A DNA stretch of 48,962 nt, counting the filler, from Sphacelaria rigidula (lineage: Eukaryota), in NCBI GenBank assembly GCA_964200075.2. It is 3 parts of 3 records of this genome, joined end to end, with 100 filler letters (N's around TTAATTAATTAA, not from the genome) between each part and the next. Parts side by side here need not be neighbours in the genome. Positions count along the whole stretch, not along the records: positions 32,710 to 48,962 come from CAXNAA020001425.1; 2 more parts are not named here. One strand, 5' to 3'. The position numbers and the translations under genes were made by a program. Below, piece by piece: positions 48,841 to 48,962 of the stretch. Below the pieces are notes generated by a model. It ran no database searches. It was not told where the DNA came from and worked only from the letters and a program-made list of their open reading frames with translations. How positions within the stretch are numbered: the stretch's first letter is position 1; every line of letters starts with the position of its first letter.

Positions 48841-48962
48841 GAGTGATGCTACGGTAGGGGTACACAAATAATTTCTGAGGTTAGAATTGTTAGGAGCCCT
48901 TTATCTCATTCATAACACGACTTATGAAAATATTCGAGAGTACGCCATGATTACTACTCCAA
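48841..48962. mobile_element. Left end of another Sola-like MITE (family of 4797-5056), truncated by window edge
   Basis: Begins gagtgatgctacggtaggggtacac and follows the 6693 copy. Confidence 0.75.

Overview
Eukaryotic, intron-rich, repeat-dense genomic DNA, almost certainly from a brown alga (Phaeophyceae; inferred from an EsV-1-7 repeat gene, short GT-AG exons and long MITE-filled introns). Most ORFs in the supplied track are spurious; the real genes were rebuilt by hand from splice sites and reading phase. Left contig (1-16255): probable first exon of a minus-strand gene, a complete 4-exon plus-strand gene for a 187-aa protein with a C-terminal NME5-type Dpy-30 motif, and the last four coding exons of 26S proteasome lid subunit RPN12/PSMD8 (minus). 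Middle contig (16356-32609): nested Harbinger-like MITEs, foldbacks, a split 42-bp minisatellite, an intronless 556-aa EsV-1-7 repeat gene and a dead 5'-truncated RTE-like LINE. Right contig (32710-48962): the first six exons of glycine decarboxylase P protein (minus) head-to-head with an LrgAB/PLGG1-like transporter gene (plus), i.e. a candidate divergently transcribed photorespiration gene pair, which is the most interesting feature. The two 100-bp N-TTAATTAATTAA-N blocks are artificial scaffold linkers, and both flanking genes are cut off at them.
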